Sequence record: MK327937.1
Source of the DNA: Escherichia phage vB_EcoM_G10400
Length of the DNA: 64,000 bases
Direction: 5' to 3' (one strand)
Position 1 is the first letter of the stretch, and each line of letters starts with the position of its first letter. Under the pieces are notes generated by a model. That model did not search any database and was not told the DNA's origin. It was given only the letters and a program-made list of their open reading frames with translations. The position numbers and the translations under genes were made by a program. Positions 49,083 to 59,316 of this stretch are shown piece by piece.

Positions 49083-49495
49083 TATTTTCCAGCCTCAAAT
49101 GCTCGCATGTCTTGAATGTGCTTAATAGCAAATCCACGTGATTTAATAGCATCAAGAGCTCCGCTACAGAAATCTAATAAAATCCCCCAATACTGTAACG
49201 AGGTATCAACCTTTAAAACATCCTTATCAGCTGATAGAACTGTCTTCATTTCTGATTTCTCGTAACGATCCATACTAAATTCATCACCATCTCCTCGTCC
49301 CGAGTAGTAGTCTAATTTAGCTTTAAGAGCAACTTTCTTTTGCGCGTCAATTCTAAGCATTTCCTTTTTAATACTTGAATGCTTATTAAGCCATTTACTA
49401 TATAACATCACATTATTAGCTGCTTCATACTGTAATTTAGTCGAATCTATAAACACATCTTTCTTCAATTCTTCTTGAAGATCTTCTAATCTCAT
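49082..49495 (-). CDS. uvsY: UvsY recombination mediator
   Basis: 137 aa; length and position match T4 UvsY. Confidence 0.85.
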   Translation of the reverse strand: MRLEDLQEELKKDVFIDSTKLQYEAANNVMLYSKWLNKHSSIKKEMLRIDAQKKVALKAKLDYYSGRGDGDEFSMDRYEKSEMKTVLSADKDVLKVDTSLQYWGILLDFCSGALDAIKSRGFAIKHIQDMRAFEAGK

Positions 49496-49525
49496 ATTGT
49501 TCTCTATTCAATTGTTATTGGATGG

Positions 49526-49551
49526 ACTTAGATTCATTATACCACGTTTTA
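49526..49551 (-). promoter_or_regulatory. middle-mode promoter (MotA box TGCTTCA plus -10 TATAAT) for uvsY
   Basis: Minus strand reads TGCTTCA, 13 nt, TATAAT, ~30 nt upstream of the uvsY ATG. Confidence 0.5.
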
Positions 49552-49561
49552 ACGTGAAGCA

Positions 49562-49960
49562 TTATACTCTATTACTAGAAGCCAGTTGCAGTTTTATCTG
49601 CTCAATATCATCAGGGTTATCGATGACCGAAAAACGTATTTCTACTATCAGAGTATAATCATCATAAACGGGTATCACATTAACTGCTAATTTATCAATA
49701 CGTGGCTCATAGTTTCTTACTGCGCTTTCGATATTACGCTCAACTGTGTCAGCAGTAAGAGGAGTCATATTTTCAAAAAGCTGGTCTGATAAATCACATC
49801 CAAATTCAGGGTCAAACGGTCTTGAACCTTTTCTTGTTGTAATAATTCCCAAAAGACTGTTTTTAATTGACCTTAATCCAAGTGATCTGGAAACGTCTTT
49901 GTTCCAATCCATTTTCATTTCCGGGTCAATGTCAGAATAAAGCTTATTAATATTTGACAT
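49562..49960 (-). CDS. 25: baseplate wedge protein gp25
   Basis: 132 aa; length and position match T4 gp25. Confidence 0.85.
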   Translation of the reverse strand: MSNINKLYSDIDPEMKMDWNKDVSRSLGLRSIKNSLLGIITTRKGSRPFDPEFGCDLSDQLFENMTPLTADTVERNIESAVRNYEPRIDKLAVNVIPVYDDYTLIVEIRFSVIDNPDDIEQIKLQLASSNRV

Positions 49961-50586
49961 TATAGTAACTCAAAGAACTCTTTGAGGCCTCTTATTACGT
50001 GAGCATGGGTTTTTCCACACTCTGGACACTTAATTGGAACAGCCAAATAAACAGTAGGCTTTAAAAGCATATCTTTTATAGCTACAATATCTGACTCTGT
50101 GATGATAGAATATAAATCTTCCAGTTCTTTTTCATTTAAGTCTTCAACTGGAATGCTTTCCCCGTTAGCATGAATCGTTTCTATACATGATACTATCATG
50201 TGGGCTATATTTTTATCATCAAAAATTTTAGGGTATCGGAATTTAATTTTAATGTCACCCAGTGTATACCAGAGGTCTTCTGGTGCATCTATTTGTGTAT
50301 GTAATAGATTTATATGGGTTGGTATTTCAGTTCCACAGGTGCACTTCCAGGAGTTTTCGTGATTAACTTCACCGAGAGAATGTGCCCATAAATGAATCAA
50401 CAATAGTTCTGATTCTTGGCGGTTTAAATCTTTTGCATTTGTGCAGTCTTTGATTAGCTTTTTAACAATTACTTCTACGGAACCATTATTTTTGGCAGTA
50501 ATAAGTTCTAGATATTCTTTAAGCGTGAATGCGCGACAATTGATTATTTTAGAACCAACTCTCACATCAAATTTGTATTCATACAT
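49960..50586 (-). CDS. 26: baseplate hub protein gp26
   Basis: 208 aa; length and position match T4. Confidence 0.8.
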   Translation of the reverse strand: MYEYKFDVRVGSKIINCRAFTLKEYLELITAKNNGSVEVIVKKLIKDCTNAKDLNRQESELLLIHLWAHSLGEVNHENSWKCTCGTEIPTHINLLHTQIDAPEDLWYTLGDIKIKFRYPKIFDDKNIAHMIVSCIETIHANGESIPVEDLNEKELEDLYSIITESDIVAIKDMLLKPTVYLAVPIKCPECGKTHAHVIRGLKEFFELL

Positions 50587-50607
50587 ATTTAGCTCCTTTA
50601 TTTATCA

Positions 50608-50619
50608 TATTTATAAATA
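50608..50619. promoter_or_regulatory. overlapping divergent late promoters (TATTTATAAATA; TATAAATA on both strands) for 26/25 (-) and 51 (+)
   Basis: Palindromic tatttataaata in the 50-bp divergent intergenic region. Confidence 0.6.
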
Positions 50620-50636
50620 GAATAAAAGGAGCATCT

Positions 50637-51386
50637 ATGGCAAACATTATTCGTTGTAAATTACCAGATGGTGTTCATCGTTTTAAACCATTTACGGTAG
50701 AAGATTATCGAGATTTTTTGTTAGTTCGAAACGATATAGAACATCGGTCACCGCAAGAACAAAAAGAAATAATTACTGATTTAATTGATGATTATTTTGG
50801 AGACTATCCGAAGACTTGGCAACCATTTATATTTTTGCAGGTATTTGTAGGGTCGATAGGTAAAACTAAAGTACCGGTCACATTTGTATGTCCAAAATGT
50901 AAAAAAGAAAAGACAGTTCCATTTGAAATATACCAAAAAGAATTAAAGGAACCTGTTTTTGATGTAGCTAATGTTAAAATTAAATTAAAGTTTCCTTCTG
51001 AGTTTTATGAAAATAAAGCAAAGATGATTACTGAAAATATTCATTCTGTCCAAGTAGATGAAATATGGTATGATTGGAAGGAAATTAGTGAATCAAGCCA
51101 AATAGAACTTGTTGATGCCATCGAGATAGAAACATTAGAAAAAATTCTCGATGCAATGAATCCTATTAATTTAACTCTACATATGTCATGCTGTAATAAG
51201 TACATTAAAAAATACACTGATATAGTAGATGTGTTTAAGCTATTAGTTAACCCAGATGAAATATTTACTTTTTATCAAATTAATCACACACTCGTAAAAA
51301 GTAATTATAGCTTAAATTCAATAATGAAAATGATTCCTGCCGAGCGCGGATTCGTATTAAAACTGATTGAGAAGGATAAACAATAA
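50637..51386 (+). CDS. 51: baseplate hub assembly protein gp51
   Basis: 249 aa; length and order match T4. Confidence 0.8.
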   Translation: MANIIRCKLPDGVHRFKPFTVEDYRDFLLVRNDIEHRSPQEQKEIITDLIDDYFGDYPKTWQPFIFLQVFVGSIGKTKVPVTFVCPKCKKEKTVPFEIYQKELKEPVFDVANVKIKLKFPSEFYENKAKMITENIHSVQVDEIWYDWKEISESSQIELVDAIEIETLEKILDAMNPINLTLHMSCCNKYIKKYTDIVDVFKLLVNPDEIFTFYQINHTLVKSNYSLNSIMKMIPAERGFVLKLIEKDKQ

Positions 51387-52561
51387 TGAGTATGTTGCAA
51401 CGCCCCGGATATCCAAATCTCAGCGTTAAATTATTTGATAGCTACGACGCTTGGAGTAATAATAGATTTGTTGAATTAGCTGCTACTATTACCACATTAA
51501 CTATGCGGGATTCTCTTTATGGCCGAAATGAAGGAATGTTGCAGTTTTATGATTCTAAAAACATCCATACAAAAATGGATGGAAATGAAATAATTCAGAT
51601 TTCTGTAGCTAATGCAAATGATATTAATAATGTTAAAACACGAATTTATGGATGTAAGCATTTTTCCGTGTCAGTAGATTCAAAAGGTGATAACATCATT
51701 GCTATTGAATTGGGAACTATTCATTCTATAGAAAATCTTAAATTTGGTAGACCATTTTTCCCTGATGCGGGTGAATCAATAAAAGAAATGCTTGGTGTCA
51801 TTTATCAAGACCGTACACTATTAACTCCAGCAATAAATGCTATAAATGCTTATGTTCCTGATATTCCATGGACTAGCACATTTGAAAACTATTTGTCATA
51901 TGTAAGAGAAGTTGCTCTAGCTGTAGGAAGTGACAAATTTGTATTTGTGTGGCAAGACATCATGGGAGTTAACATGATGGACTATGATATGATGATAAAC
52001 CAAGAACCATATCCAATGATTGTCGGCGAGCCATCTTTAATAGGTCAATTCATCCAAGAATTAAAATACCCATTAGCATATGATTTCGTTTGGTTGACTA
52101 AATCGAATCCTCACAAACGTGACCCAATGAAAAATGCTACTATCTATGCTCATTCATTTTTAGATTCTTCATTGCCAATGATTACTACGGGAAAGGGCGA
52201 AAACTCTATTGTAGTGTCAAGGTCAGGTGCTTATTCTGAAATGACTTATAGGAATGGTTATGAAGAAGCTATTCGTCTTCAAACTATGGCACAATATGAC
52301 GGCTATGCTAAATGTTCTACTGTCGGTAATTTTAACTTGACTCCTGGTGTTAAAATTATTTTTAATGATAGTAAAAACCAATTTAAAACAGAATTTTACG
52401 TTGATGAAGTTATCCATGAATTATCAAATAATAATTCAGTAACTCATCTTTATATGTTCACTAATGCAACGAAACTGGAAACAATAGACCCAGTTAAGGT
52501 TAAAAATGAATTTAAATCTGATACTACCACTGAAGAAAGTAGTTCTTCCAATAAGCAATAA
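51386..52561 (+). CDS. 27: baseplate hub protein gp27
   Basis: 391 aa; length and order match T4. Confidence 0.85.
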   Translation: MSMLQRPGYPNLSVKLFDSYDAWSNNRFVELAATITTLTMRDSLYGRNEGMLQFYDSKNIHTKMDGNEIIQISVANANDINNVKTRIYGCKHFSVSVDSKGDNIIAIELGTIHSIENLKFGRPFFPDAGESIKEMLGVIYQDRTLLTPAINAINAYVPDIPWTSTFENYLSYVREVALAVGSDKFVFVWQDIMGVNMMDYDMMINQEPYPMIVGEPSLIGQFIQELKYPLAYDFVWLTKSNPHKRDPMKNATIYAHSFLDSSLPMITTGKGENSIVVSRSGAYSEMTYRNGYEEAIRLQTMAQYDGYAKCSTVGNFNLTPGVKIIFNDSKNQFKTEFYVDEVIHELSNNNSVTHLYMFTNATKLETIDPVKVKNEFKSDTTTEESSSSNKQ

Positions 52562-53039
52562 AGAAGTTTCTATTCCTAAAATGGGTCTTAAACATTATAA
52601 CATTTTAAAGGATGTTAAAGGTCCTGATGAAAATTTAAAACTTCTTATTGATTCTATTTGTCCGAATTTATCACCGGCAGAAGTTGATTTCGTTTCTATT
52701 CATTTATTGGAATTTAATGGAAAGATTAAATCTCGTAAAGAAATAGATGGCTATACTTATGACATTAATGATGTCTATGTATGCCAAAGATTGGAATTTC
52801 AATACCAAGGAAATACATTTTATTTTAGACCTCCTGGAAAATTTGAACAATTTTTAACGGTGAGCGATATGTTATCTAAATGCTTGCTTAAGGTCAACGA
52901 TGAAGTTAAAGAAATTAATTTTCTTGAGATGCCAGCATTCGTTTTAAAATGGGCAAATGATATTTTTACAACTTTAGCAATTCCTGGCCCTAATGGTCCA
53001 ATAACTGGAATTGGCAATATTATTGGATTATTTGAATGA
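52506..53039 (+). CDS. 28: baseplate hub protein gp28
   Basis: 177 aa; overlaps the gp27 3' end. Confidence 0.8.
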   Translation: MNLNLILPLKKVVLPISNKEVSIPKMGLKHYNILKDVKGPDENLKLLIDSICPNLSPAEVDFVSIHLLEFNGKIKSRKEIDGYTYDINDVYVCQRLEFQYQGNTFYFRPPGKFEQFLTVSDMLSKCLLKVNDEVKEINFLEMPAFVLKWANDIFTTLAIPGPNGPITGIGNIIGLFE

Positions 53040-54808
53040 AAAAGCCACAAGAAATGCAAACGATGCGTAGAAAAGTTATTTCAGATAATAAACCAACACA
53101 GGAAGCGGCTAAATCCGCTTCCAACACTTTATCTGGACTTAATGATATATCTACGAAATTGGATGATGCTCAAGCTGCTTCTGAATTAATAGCTCAAACT
53201 GTCGAAGAAAAATCGAATGAAATAGTTGGAGCAATTGGTAACGTAGAAAGCGCAGTGAGTGATACTACTGCCGGTTCTGAGTTAATTGCCGAGACTGTTG
53301 AAATTGGCAATAATATCAATAAAGAAATAGGCGAATCACTCGGAAGTAAATTAGATAAATTAACAAGTTTACTAGAGCAAAAAATTCAGACAGCTGGAAT
53401 TCAACAGACTGGAACTAGTTTAGCCACAGTTGAAAGCGCTATTCCTGTTAAAGTCGTTGAGGATGATACTGCTGAATCTGTGGGTCCTTTATTACCGGCC
53501 CCTGAAGCAGTTAATAATGATCCTGACGCTGATTTTTTCCCTACCCCTCAGCCAGTTGAACCCAAACAAGAATCGCCAGAAGAAAAACAGAAAAAAGAAG
53601 CATTTAACTTAAAATTATCTCAAGCTTTAGATAAATTAACGAAGACTGTTGATTTTGGATTTAAAAAATCCATTTCAATTACTGATAAAATATCAAGCAT
53701 GTTATTTAAGTACACCATCAGTGCTGCTATTGAAGCTGCTAAAATGACTGCAATGATATTGGCTGTTGTTGTTGGAATAGACCTGTTGATGGTTCATTTT
53801 AAATACTGGTCAGATAAATTTTCAAAAGCCTGGGATTTATTTAATACTGACTTTACTAAATTCTCTAGCGAAACCGGAACATGGGGTCCTTTATTACAGA
53901 GCATCTTTGATTCTATTGATAAAATTAAACAACTTTGGGAAGCGGGAGATTGGGGTGGATTGACAGCAGCTATTGTTGAAGGACTCGGAAGTGTTCTTTT
54001 TAATTTAGGTGAACTTATTCAATTAGGTATGGCTAAATTATCTGCAGCAATTCTTCGAGTCATTCCTGGTATGAAGGATACTGCTGATGAAGTAGAAGGA
54101 AGAGCATTAGAAAATTTCCAAAATTCTACTGGAGCATCTCTCAATAAAGAAGACCAGGAAAAAGTTGCAAATTATCAAGATAAACGAATGAACGGAGACC
54201 TTGGTCCGATAGCAAAAGGATTAGATAAAATTGCTAATTGGAAAACTCGTGCATCTAATTGGATTCGTGGGGTTGATAATAAAGAAGCACTAACTACCGA
54301 CGAAGAACGTGCAGCAGAAGAAGAAAAATTAAAGCAACTTTCACCTGAAGAAAGAAAAAATGCTTTAATGAAGGCTAATGAAGCCCGTGCCGCAATGATT
54401 CGCTTTGAAAAATATGCTGATTCAGCTGATATGAGTAAAGACTCAACGGTTAAATCTGTTGAATCTGCCTATGAAGACCTTAAAAAACGGATGGATGACC
54501 CGGATTTAAATAATTCACCGGCAGTTAAAAAAGAACTTGCTGCTAGATTTTCTAAAATTGATGCTACTTATCAAGAGCTCAAGAAAAATCAGCCTAATGC
54601 CAAACCTGAAACTTCTGCTAAATCGCCAGAAGCAAAACAAGTCCAGGTAATAGAAAAGAACAAAGCACAGCAAGCTCCTGTTCAACAAGCATCTCCTTCA
54701 ATCAATAATACTAATAATGTTATTAAGAAAAATACTGTCGTTCATAATATGACACCTGTCACAAGCACAACTGCTCCTGGTGTATTTGATGCGACTGGGG
54801 TTAATTAA
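53036..54808 (+). CDS. 29: tail tube-associated hub/tape-measure protein gp29
   Basis: 590 aa; length and order match T4. Confidence 0.85.
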   Translation: MKKPQEMQTMRRKVISDNKPTQEAAKSASNTLSGLNDISTKLDDAQAASELIAQTVEEKSNEIVGAIGNVESAVSDTTAGSELIAETVEIGNNINKEIGESLGSKLDKLTSLLEQKIQTAGIQQTGTSLATVESAIPVKVVEDDTAESVGPLLPAPEAVNNDPDADFFPTPQPVEPKQESPEEKQKKEAFNLKLSQALDKLTKTVDFGFKKSISITDKISSMLFKYTISAAIEAAKMTAMILAVVVGIDLLMVHFKYWSDKFSKAWDLFNTDFTKFSSETGTWGPLLQSIFDSIDKIKQLWEAGDWGGLTAAIVEGLGSVLFNLGELIQLGMAKLSAAILRVIPGMKDTADEVEGRALENFQNSTGASLNKEDQEKVANYQDKRMNGDLGPIAKGLDKIANWKTRASNWIRGVDNKEALTTDEERAAEEEKLKQLSPEERKNALMKANEARAAMIRFEKYADSADMSKDSTVKSVESAYEDLKKRMDDPDLNNSPAVKKELAARFSKIDATYQELKKNQPNAKPETSAKSPEAKQVQVIEKNKAQQAPVQQASPSINNTNNVIKKNTVVHNMTPVTSTTAPGVFDATGVN

Positions 54809-54816
54809 GGAATAAT

Positions 54817-55911
54817 ATGGCAATTGTTAAAGAAATAACTGCTGATTTAATTAAAAAGTCCGGTGAGAAAATTTCAGCCGGACAGAGTACTAAATCAGAA
54901 GTAGGAACTAAAACATACACAGCCCAGTTTCCAACTGGGCGTGCTAGTGGTAATGACACTACAGGGGACTTCCAGGTAACAGATCTATATAAGAATGGAT
55001 TATTATTTACTGCATACAATATGTCATCTAGGGATTCTGGAAGTCTTAGATCGATGAGATCTAACTACTCTTCTTCATCTTCGAGTATTTTACGTACAGC
55101 CAGAAACACTATCAGTAATACAGTATCAAAACTGTCAAATGGATTAATATCAGATAATAATTCAGGAACAATAAGTAAAGCCCCTGTTGCAAATATTCTT
55201 TTACCAAGATCTAAATCCGATGTTGATACATCATCACATAGATTTAATGATGTTCAAGAAAGTCTTATCAGCAGAGGCGGAGGTACTGCTACTGGTGTGC
55301 TAAGTAATATTGCTTCAACTGCAGTATTTGGAGCACTGGAAAGTATAACACAAGGTATAATGGCTGATAATAATGAACAAATATACACTACGGCTCGAAG
55401 TATGTATGGTGGTGCTGAAAATAGAACTAAAGTGTTTACTTGGGATTTGACTCCACGTTCAACAGAAGATTTAATGGCTATTATTAATATCTATCAATAT
55501 TTTAACTATTTTTCTTATGGTGAAACTGGTAAATCTCAATATGCTGCTGAAATAAAGGGGTATTTAGATGATTGGTATCGTTCTACGTTAATTGAACCTT
55601 TATCTCCGGAAGACGCAGCTAAAAATAAAACACTATTTGAGAAAATGACATCGAGTTTAACTAACGTTCTAGTAGTTTCAAACCCGACAATTTGGATGGT
55701 GAAAAACTTTGGTGCAACATCTAAGTTTGATGGAAAAACGGAAATATTTGGCCCATGCCAAATACAAAGCATCAGATTTGATAAAACACCTAATGGTAAC
55801 TTTAACGGATTAGCTATTGCTCCAAACCTCCCTAGTACATTTACTCTTGAGATTACTATGAGAGAAATTATCACGTTAAACCGTGCTTCTTTATATGCGG
55901 GGACTTTTTAA
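54817..55911 (+). CDS. 48: baseplate/tail tube initiator gp48
   Basis: 364 aa; length and order match T4. Confidence 0.85.
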   Translation: MAIVKEITADLIKKSGEKISAGQSTKSEVGTKTYTAQFPTGRASGNDTTGDFQVTDLYKNGLLFTAYNMSSRDSGSLRSMRSNYSSSSSSILRTARNTISNTVSKLSNGLISDNNSGTISKAPVANILLPRSKSDVDTSSHRFNDVQESLISRGGGTATGVLSNIASTAVFGALESITQGIMADNNEQIYTTARSMYGGAENRTKVFTWDLTPRSTEDLMAIINIYQYFNYFSYGETGKSQYAAEIKGYLDDWYRSTLIEPLSPEDAAKNKTLFEKMTSSLTNVLVVSNPTIWMVKNFGATSKFDGKTEIFGPCQIQSIRFDKTPNGNFNGLAIAPNLPSTFTLEITMREIITLNRASLYAGTF

Positions 55912-56876
55912 TGTATTCTTTAGAGGAATTTAATAATCAAGCAATAAACGCAGATTTCCAACGTAATAATATGTTTAGCTGCGTTTTTGCGACAACTCCA
56001 TCAACTAAAAGCTCTTCGTTGATAAGTTCAATTAGCAACTTTTCTTATAATAACTTGGGCCTAAATTCAGATTGGTTAGGATTGACTCAAGGTGATATTA
56101 ATCAGGGAATTACCACGCTAATTACTGCTGGCACACAAAAACTGATAAGAAAATCAGGGGTTAGTAAATATCTTATTGGTGCCATGAGTCAACGTACAGT
56201 TCAAAGTTTATTAGGCTCATTTACAGTTGGTACATATTTAATTGACTTCTTTAACATGGCATATAACTCATCTGGATTGATGATATACTCTGTAAAAATG
56301 CCAGAGAATAGATTATCCTATGAAACTGACTGGAACTACAATTCTCCTAATATTCGCATAACCGGGAGAGAATTAGACCCTTTGGTTATTTCATTTAGAA
56401 TGGATTCAGAAGCTTGTAACTATCGTGCAATGCAAGACTGGGTTAACTCCGTTCAAGACCCAGTAACTGGATTACGCGCTTTGCCACAGGATGTCGAGGC
56501 AGATATTCAGGTTAATCTTCATTCTCGTAATGGATTGCCTCATACTGCGGTGATGTTCACTGGATGCATTCCAATATCAGTGAGCGCTCCTGAGTTATCA
56601 TATGATGGAGATAACCAAATAACTACATTTGACGTTACTTTTGCGTATAGAGTGATGCAGGCTGGAGCAGTTGATAGGCAAGCTGCGCTTGAATGGCTTG
56701 AATCTGCTGCTATAAATGGTATTCAAAGCGTTCTCGGAAATAGTGGAGGTGTTACTGGACTATCTAATTCGCTTTCACGACTCAGTAGATTAGGGGGAAC
56801 TGCAGGAAGCATTTCAAACATTAATACTATGACAGGAATTGTCAATTCGCAAAGTAAAATATTAGGAGCAATATAA
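55911..56876 (+). CDS. 54: baseplate/tail tube initiator gp54
   Basis: 321 aa; length and order match T4. Confidence 0.85.
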   Translation: MYSLEEFNNQAINADFQRNNMFSCVFATTPSTKSSSLISSISNFSYNNLGLNSDWLGLTQGDINQGITTLITAGTQKLIRKSGVSKYLIGAMSQRTVQSLLGSFTVGTYLIDFFNMAYNSSGLMIYSVKMPENRLSYETDWNYNSPNIRITGRELDPLVISFRMDSEACNYRAMQDWVNSVQDPVTGLRALPQDVEADIQVNLHSRNGLPHTAVMFTGCIPISVSAPELSYDGDNQITTFDVTFAYRVMQAGAVDRQAALEWLESAAINGIQSVLGNSGGVTGLSNSLSRLSRLGGTAGSISNINTMTGIVNSQSKILGAI

Positions 56877-56880
56877 CAAT

Positions 56881-56898
56881 GGGGACCTTTCGGTCCCC
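56881..56898. terminator. bidirectional terminator between gene 54 (+) and the alt region (-)
   Basis: ggggacctttcggtcccc perfect hairpin followed by a T-run. Confidence 0.65.
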
Positions 56899-56904
56899 AT
56901 ATTT

Positions 56905-57195
56905 TTATTTACGGAATGAAATAAAAGCAGCAACTGAAGCAACTAAACTGTCTTCAATATAAACCTCAATTTTTACCGGAGCTTCTGACTCAAATTTACC
57001 TGTTACTACACCTTGGAAAATACTTTCAGTCTGTTCTGGCTTTGAAAAATTTTCAGAAGGAAAAATTCCGAACTTTTTATCTGTTCCAAAAATTTTGATA
57101 AATTCATCGTAAACTGCTTCATTAAAAGCATTATCAGCAGGAATAACTCCTTCAACTACAAGTTCTTGACCTAAAAAGCGCAAAGAAGATTTCAT
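56905..57195 (-). CDS. hypothetical protein (alt.-3-like by position)
   Basis: 96-aa ORF downstream of the alt paralogs. Confidence 0.5.
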   Translation of the reverse strand: MKSSLRFLGQELVVEGVIPADNAFNEAVYDEFIKIFGTDKKFGIFPSENFSKPEQTESIFQGVVTGKFESEAPVKIEVYIEDSLVASVAAFISFRK

Positions 57196-57255
57196 TTTGT
57201 GTTCCTCATGTTATGTCAGTAAGACTACTATAACACAACACGAGGGACTTGTAAA

Positions 57256-59313
57256 CTACATTTTGAACTTTTTAGACATTCCGTTGATGTTAACCAAAGA
57301 AGCCAAGATTTGAGAAACTTCATTTTCCTCTTCTTTTGATTCTTCTACAAGGAATTGATTAAATCCAGCCATTGGACGAACTTCACCAGTTTCCATTAGA
57401 TGGTCTCCATCATATACTGATTCTTCTAATTGTTCAGAAGGAGGAACGATTGTACCTTCGATTAGATACTTGTTATAAGCAGTTTCTTTCATAAAGTACG
57501 TACTTACTTTATTAATCTTCAGTAAAATTCCACGTGGTAGAATAACTTCAGCTTCTGATGGAAATCCTGATAAATGACCTGGAACGATAACTTTGATTCG
57601 CTCAGCTCCTTTAATTATCATACCCACGCTAGTTTCTGCATCTTCATTAGCATATGTAGAATGACTACCCATATGCATCAAATCTTCTGCATCAACGGAA
57701 CCTTCTCCTTCACCAGAAAATACTGCGCCGGAATCATCTAGAGCCATATAGTTTTTACCATGCTCACCGAAGATATTTGGTTTAAGCGATGTGGATACGA
57801 AGTTCTTGAAATAGAACATTTTATTTTCAATGTTATGACGCAAAGTTTTAAAGGTAACTTCTTGCCCACGGTAAAGTGTAGTTCCTGGAGGAAGAACTGA
57901 TCCTTTGGCAAAGGCAGAATCTAACGTCTCGATGTGCTTAATAGCTCGTTCCATGTATTCTTCACGGGTAGAATCTGGTTTACCCAAAAGGAACGAGTTC
58001 ATTTCAACATATGAATCTGCACAATAATCTTCAATTACATCAGATTCAGCCTGAGTCAGTCCTTTTGGAGCTACTTCGGTGCTTGCGTATTCATATGCCT
58101 GGGCAGCAGATTCATTAATCAATTTATAAATGCCATTCATGACAAATTGAATAATAGCTGTCTTTTCATCTGGTGTGGTTTTAGAACCTTTAACTAAATC
58201 ATTAATAATTTTCTTAATAACATCAAAGCTATTAGAAATATTAATGTCAGCAAGATCGCTTAAAATTTTATCAGTTTTATAATCAAAGAATTCTTTATTC
58301 TTTAAATATTCTTGAGAACCTTGATATGTTATATCGCTCTGCAACTTGATAGATGGATCACGTAAACGTGCATGGGCCAATGCAATATGATTTCGGAAGC
58401 TTTCTAGTTCATAATCGTTAGATTTAAAACGAGAAGCACTTCTCATACCACCGATAGCTCCTTTGCTGAAGTTTGAACCAATCTGGATAACGCCAGAGTT
58501 CATCGGACCTTCTGCTTTATATACCGGAACTTTAGATTCAAACTCTTGATATTTCTTGGCAGCAAAGCTATCACCCTGAAGTGAAGCATCAACAGTAGAA
58601 TATTGAGCTTGTGCTGCTAATCGACGACTTATTTTAGTTTTCTGAATAACAGCTTGGTCCGTGCGCTTATCATTTTCTAAAGCAATAGAAGCAGCAACAG
58701 CGACAGCTTTAGGAACAGCATTTCCTGTTTTAACGTCTACATAAACATCACCGACCTTTGATTCAACTTTTGTGAATAACTCAGTTGAAATAGGAGGTAC
58801 ACCTGGAATGTCTTCTAAATTGGCATTTTTACGGTAAACCATAATATATGCATATTTCTTATCATAGTCCCAGATTTCCTTTAAAAGAACATATCGACCT
58901 GCTCCTTTAGTACGTACTAAACGGTCAGCAATAACTTGCATTTGACGAGCTGCGCCATTTGTTTTACTTTTTAGTACGCGGAATAGGCATGCGTCGATTT
59001 TATACTGTTTCATTGTTTGAAGAGCAGTATCAAAAACGGCATTAATGACACCAATTGGATTTCCACCCAAGTTTTTAAGCTTAACTAATGATAGTTTCTC
59101 ATTAACACCTATCATTACGATATGCATCATTTTATCGCCTGGCTTAACGTTTTTATTCGTATCACCACCAGAGGTGTATGTACAAAATCTAAATCCAGGA
59201 AGCACGCTTTCTTCGCCGGCTTGAATAGCAAAAATTTGTGGTATTTTATGCTTAGGATTTAAGTTAACAACCGGCGCCGAAGCGCCGTCAAATAATTCTG
59301 TAATAAGTTCCAT
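57256..59313 (-). CDS. Alt-like ADP-ribosyltransferase paralog (capsid-packaged injected effector family)
   Basis: 685 aa; N-terminus MELITELFD shared with the adjacent ORF; ART-like motifs TTLYRGQ, FVSTSL, SEAEVILPRG (R / STS / E-x-E). Confidence 0.7.
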   Translation of the reverse strand: MELITELFDGASAPVVNLNPKHKIPQIFAIQAGEESVLPGFRFCTYTSGGDTNKNVKPGDKMMHIVMIGVNEKLSLVKLKNLGGNPIGVINAVFDTALQTMKQYKIDACLFRVLKSKTNGAARQMQVIADRLVRTKGAGRYVLLKEIWDYDKKYAYIMVYRKNANLEDIPGVPPISTELFTKVESKVGDVYVDVKTGNAVPKAVAVAASIALENDKRTDQAVIQKTKISRRLAAQAQYSTVDASLQGDSFAAKKYQEFESKVPVYKAEGPMNSGVIQIGSNFSKGAIGGMRSASRFKSNDYELESFRNHIALAHARLRDPSIKLQSDITYQGSQEYLKNKEFFDYKTDKILSDLADINISNSFDVIKKIINDLVKGSKTTPDEKTAIIQFVMNGIYKLINESAAQAYEYASTEVAPKGLTQAESDVIEDYCADSYVEMNSFLLGKPDSTREEYMERAIKHIETLDSAFAKGSVLPPGTTLYRGQEVTFKTLRHNIENKMFYFKNFVSTSLKPNIFGEHGKNYMALDDSGAVFSGEGEGSVDAEDLMHMGSHSTYANEDAETSVGMIIKGAERIKVIVPGHLSGFPSEAEVILPRGILLKINKVSTYFMKETAYNKYLIEGTIVPPSEQLEESVYDGDHLMETGEVRPMAGFNQFLVEESKEEENEVSQILASLVNINGMSKKFKM

Positions 59314-59316
59314 GAT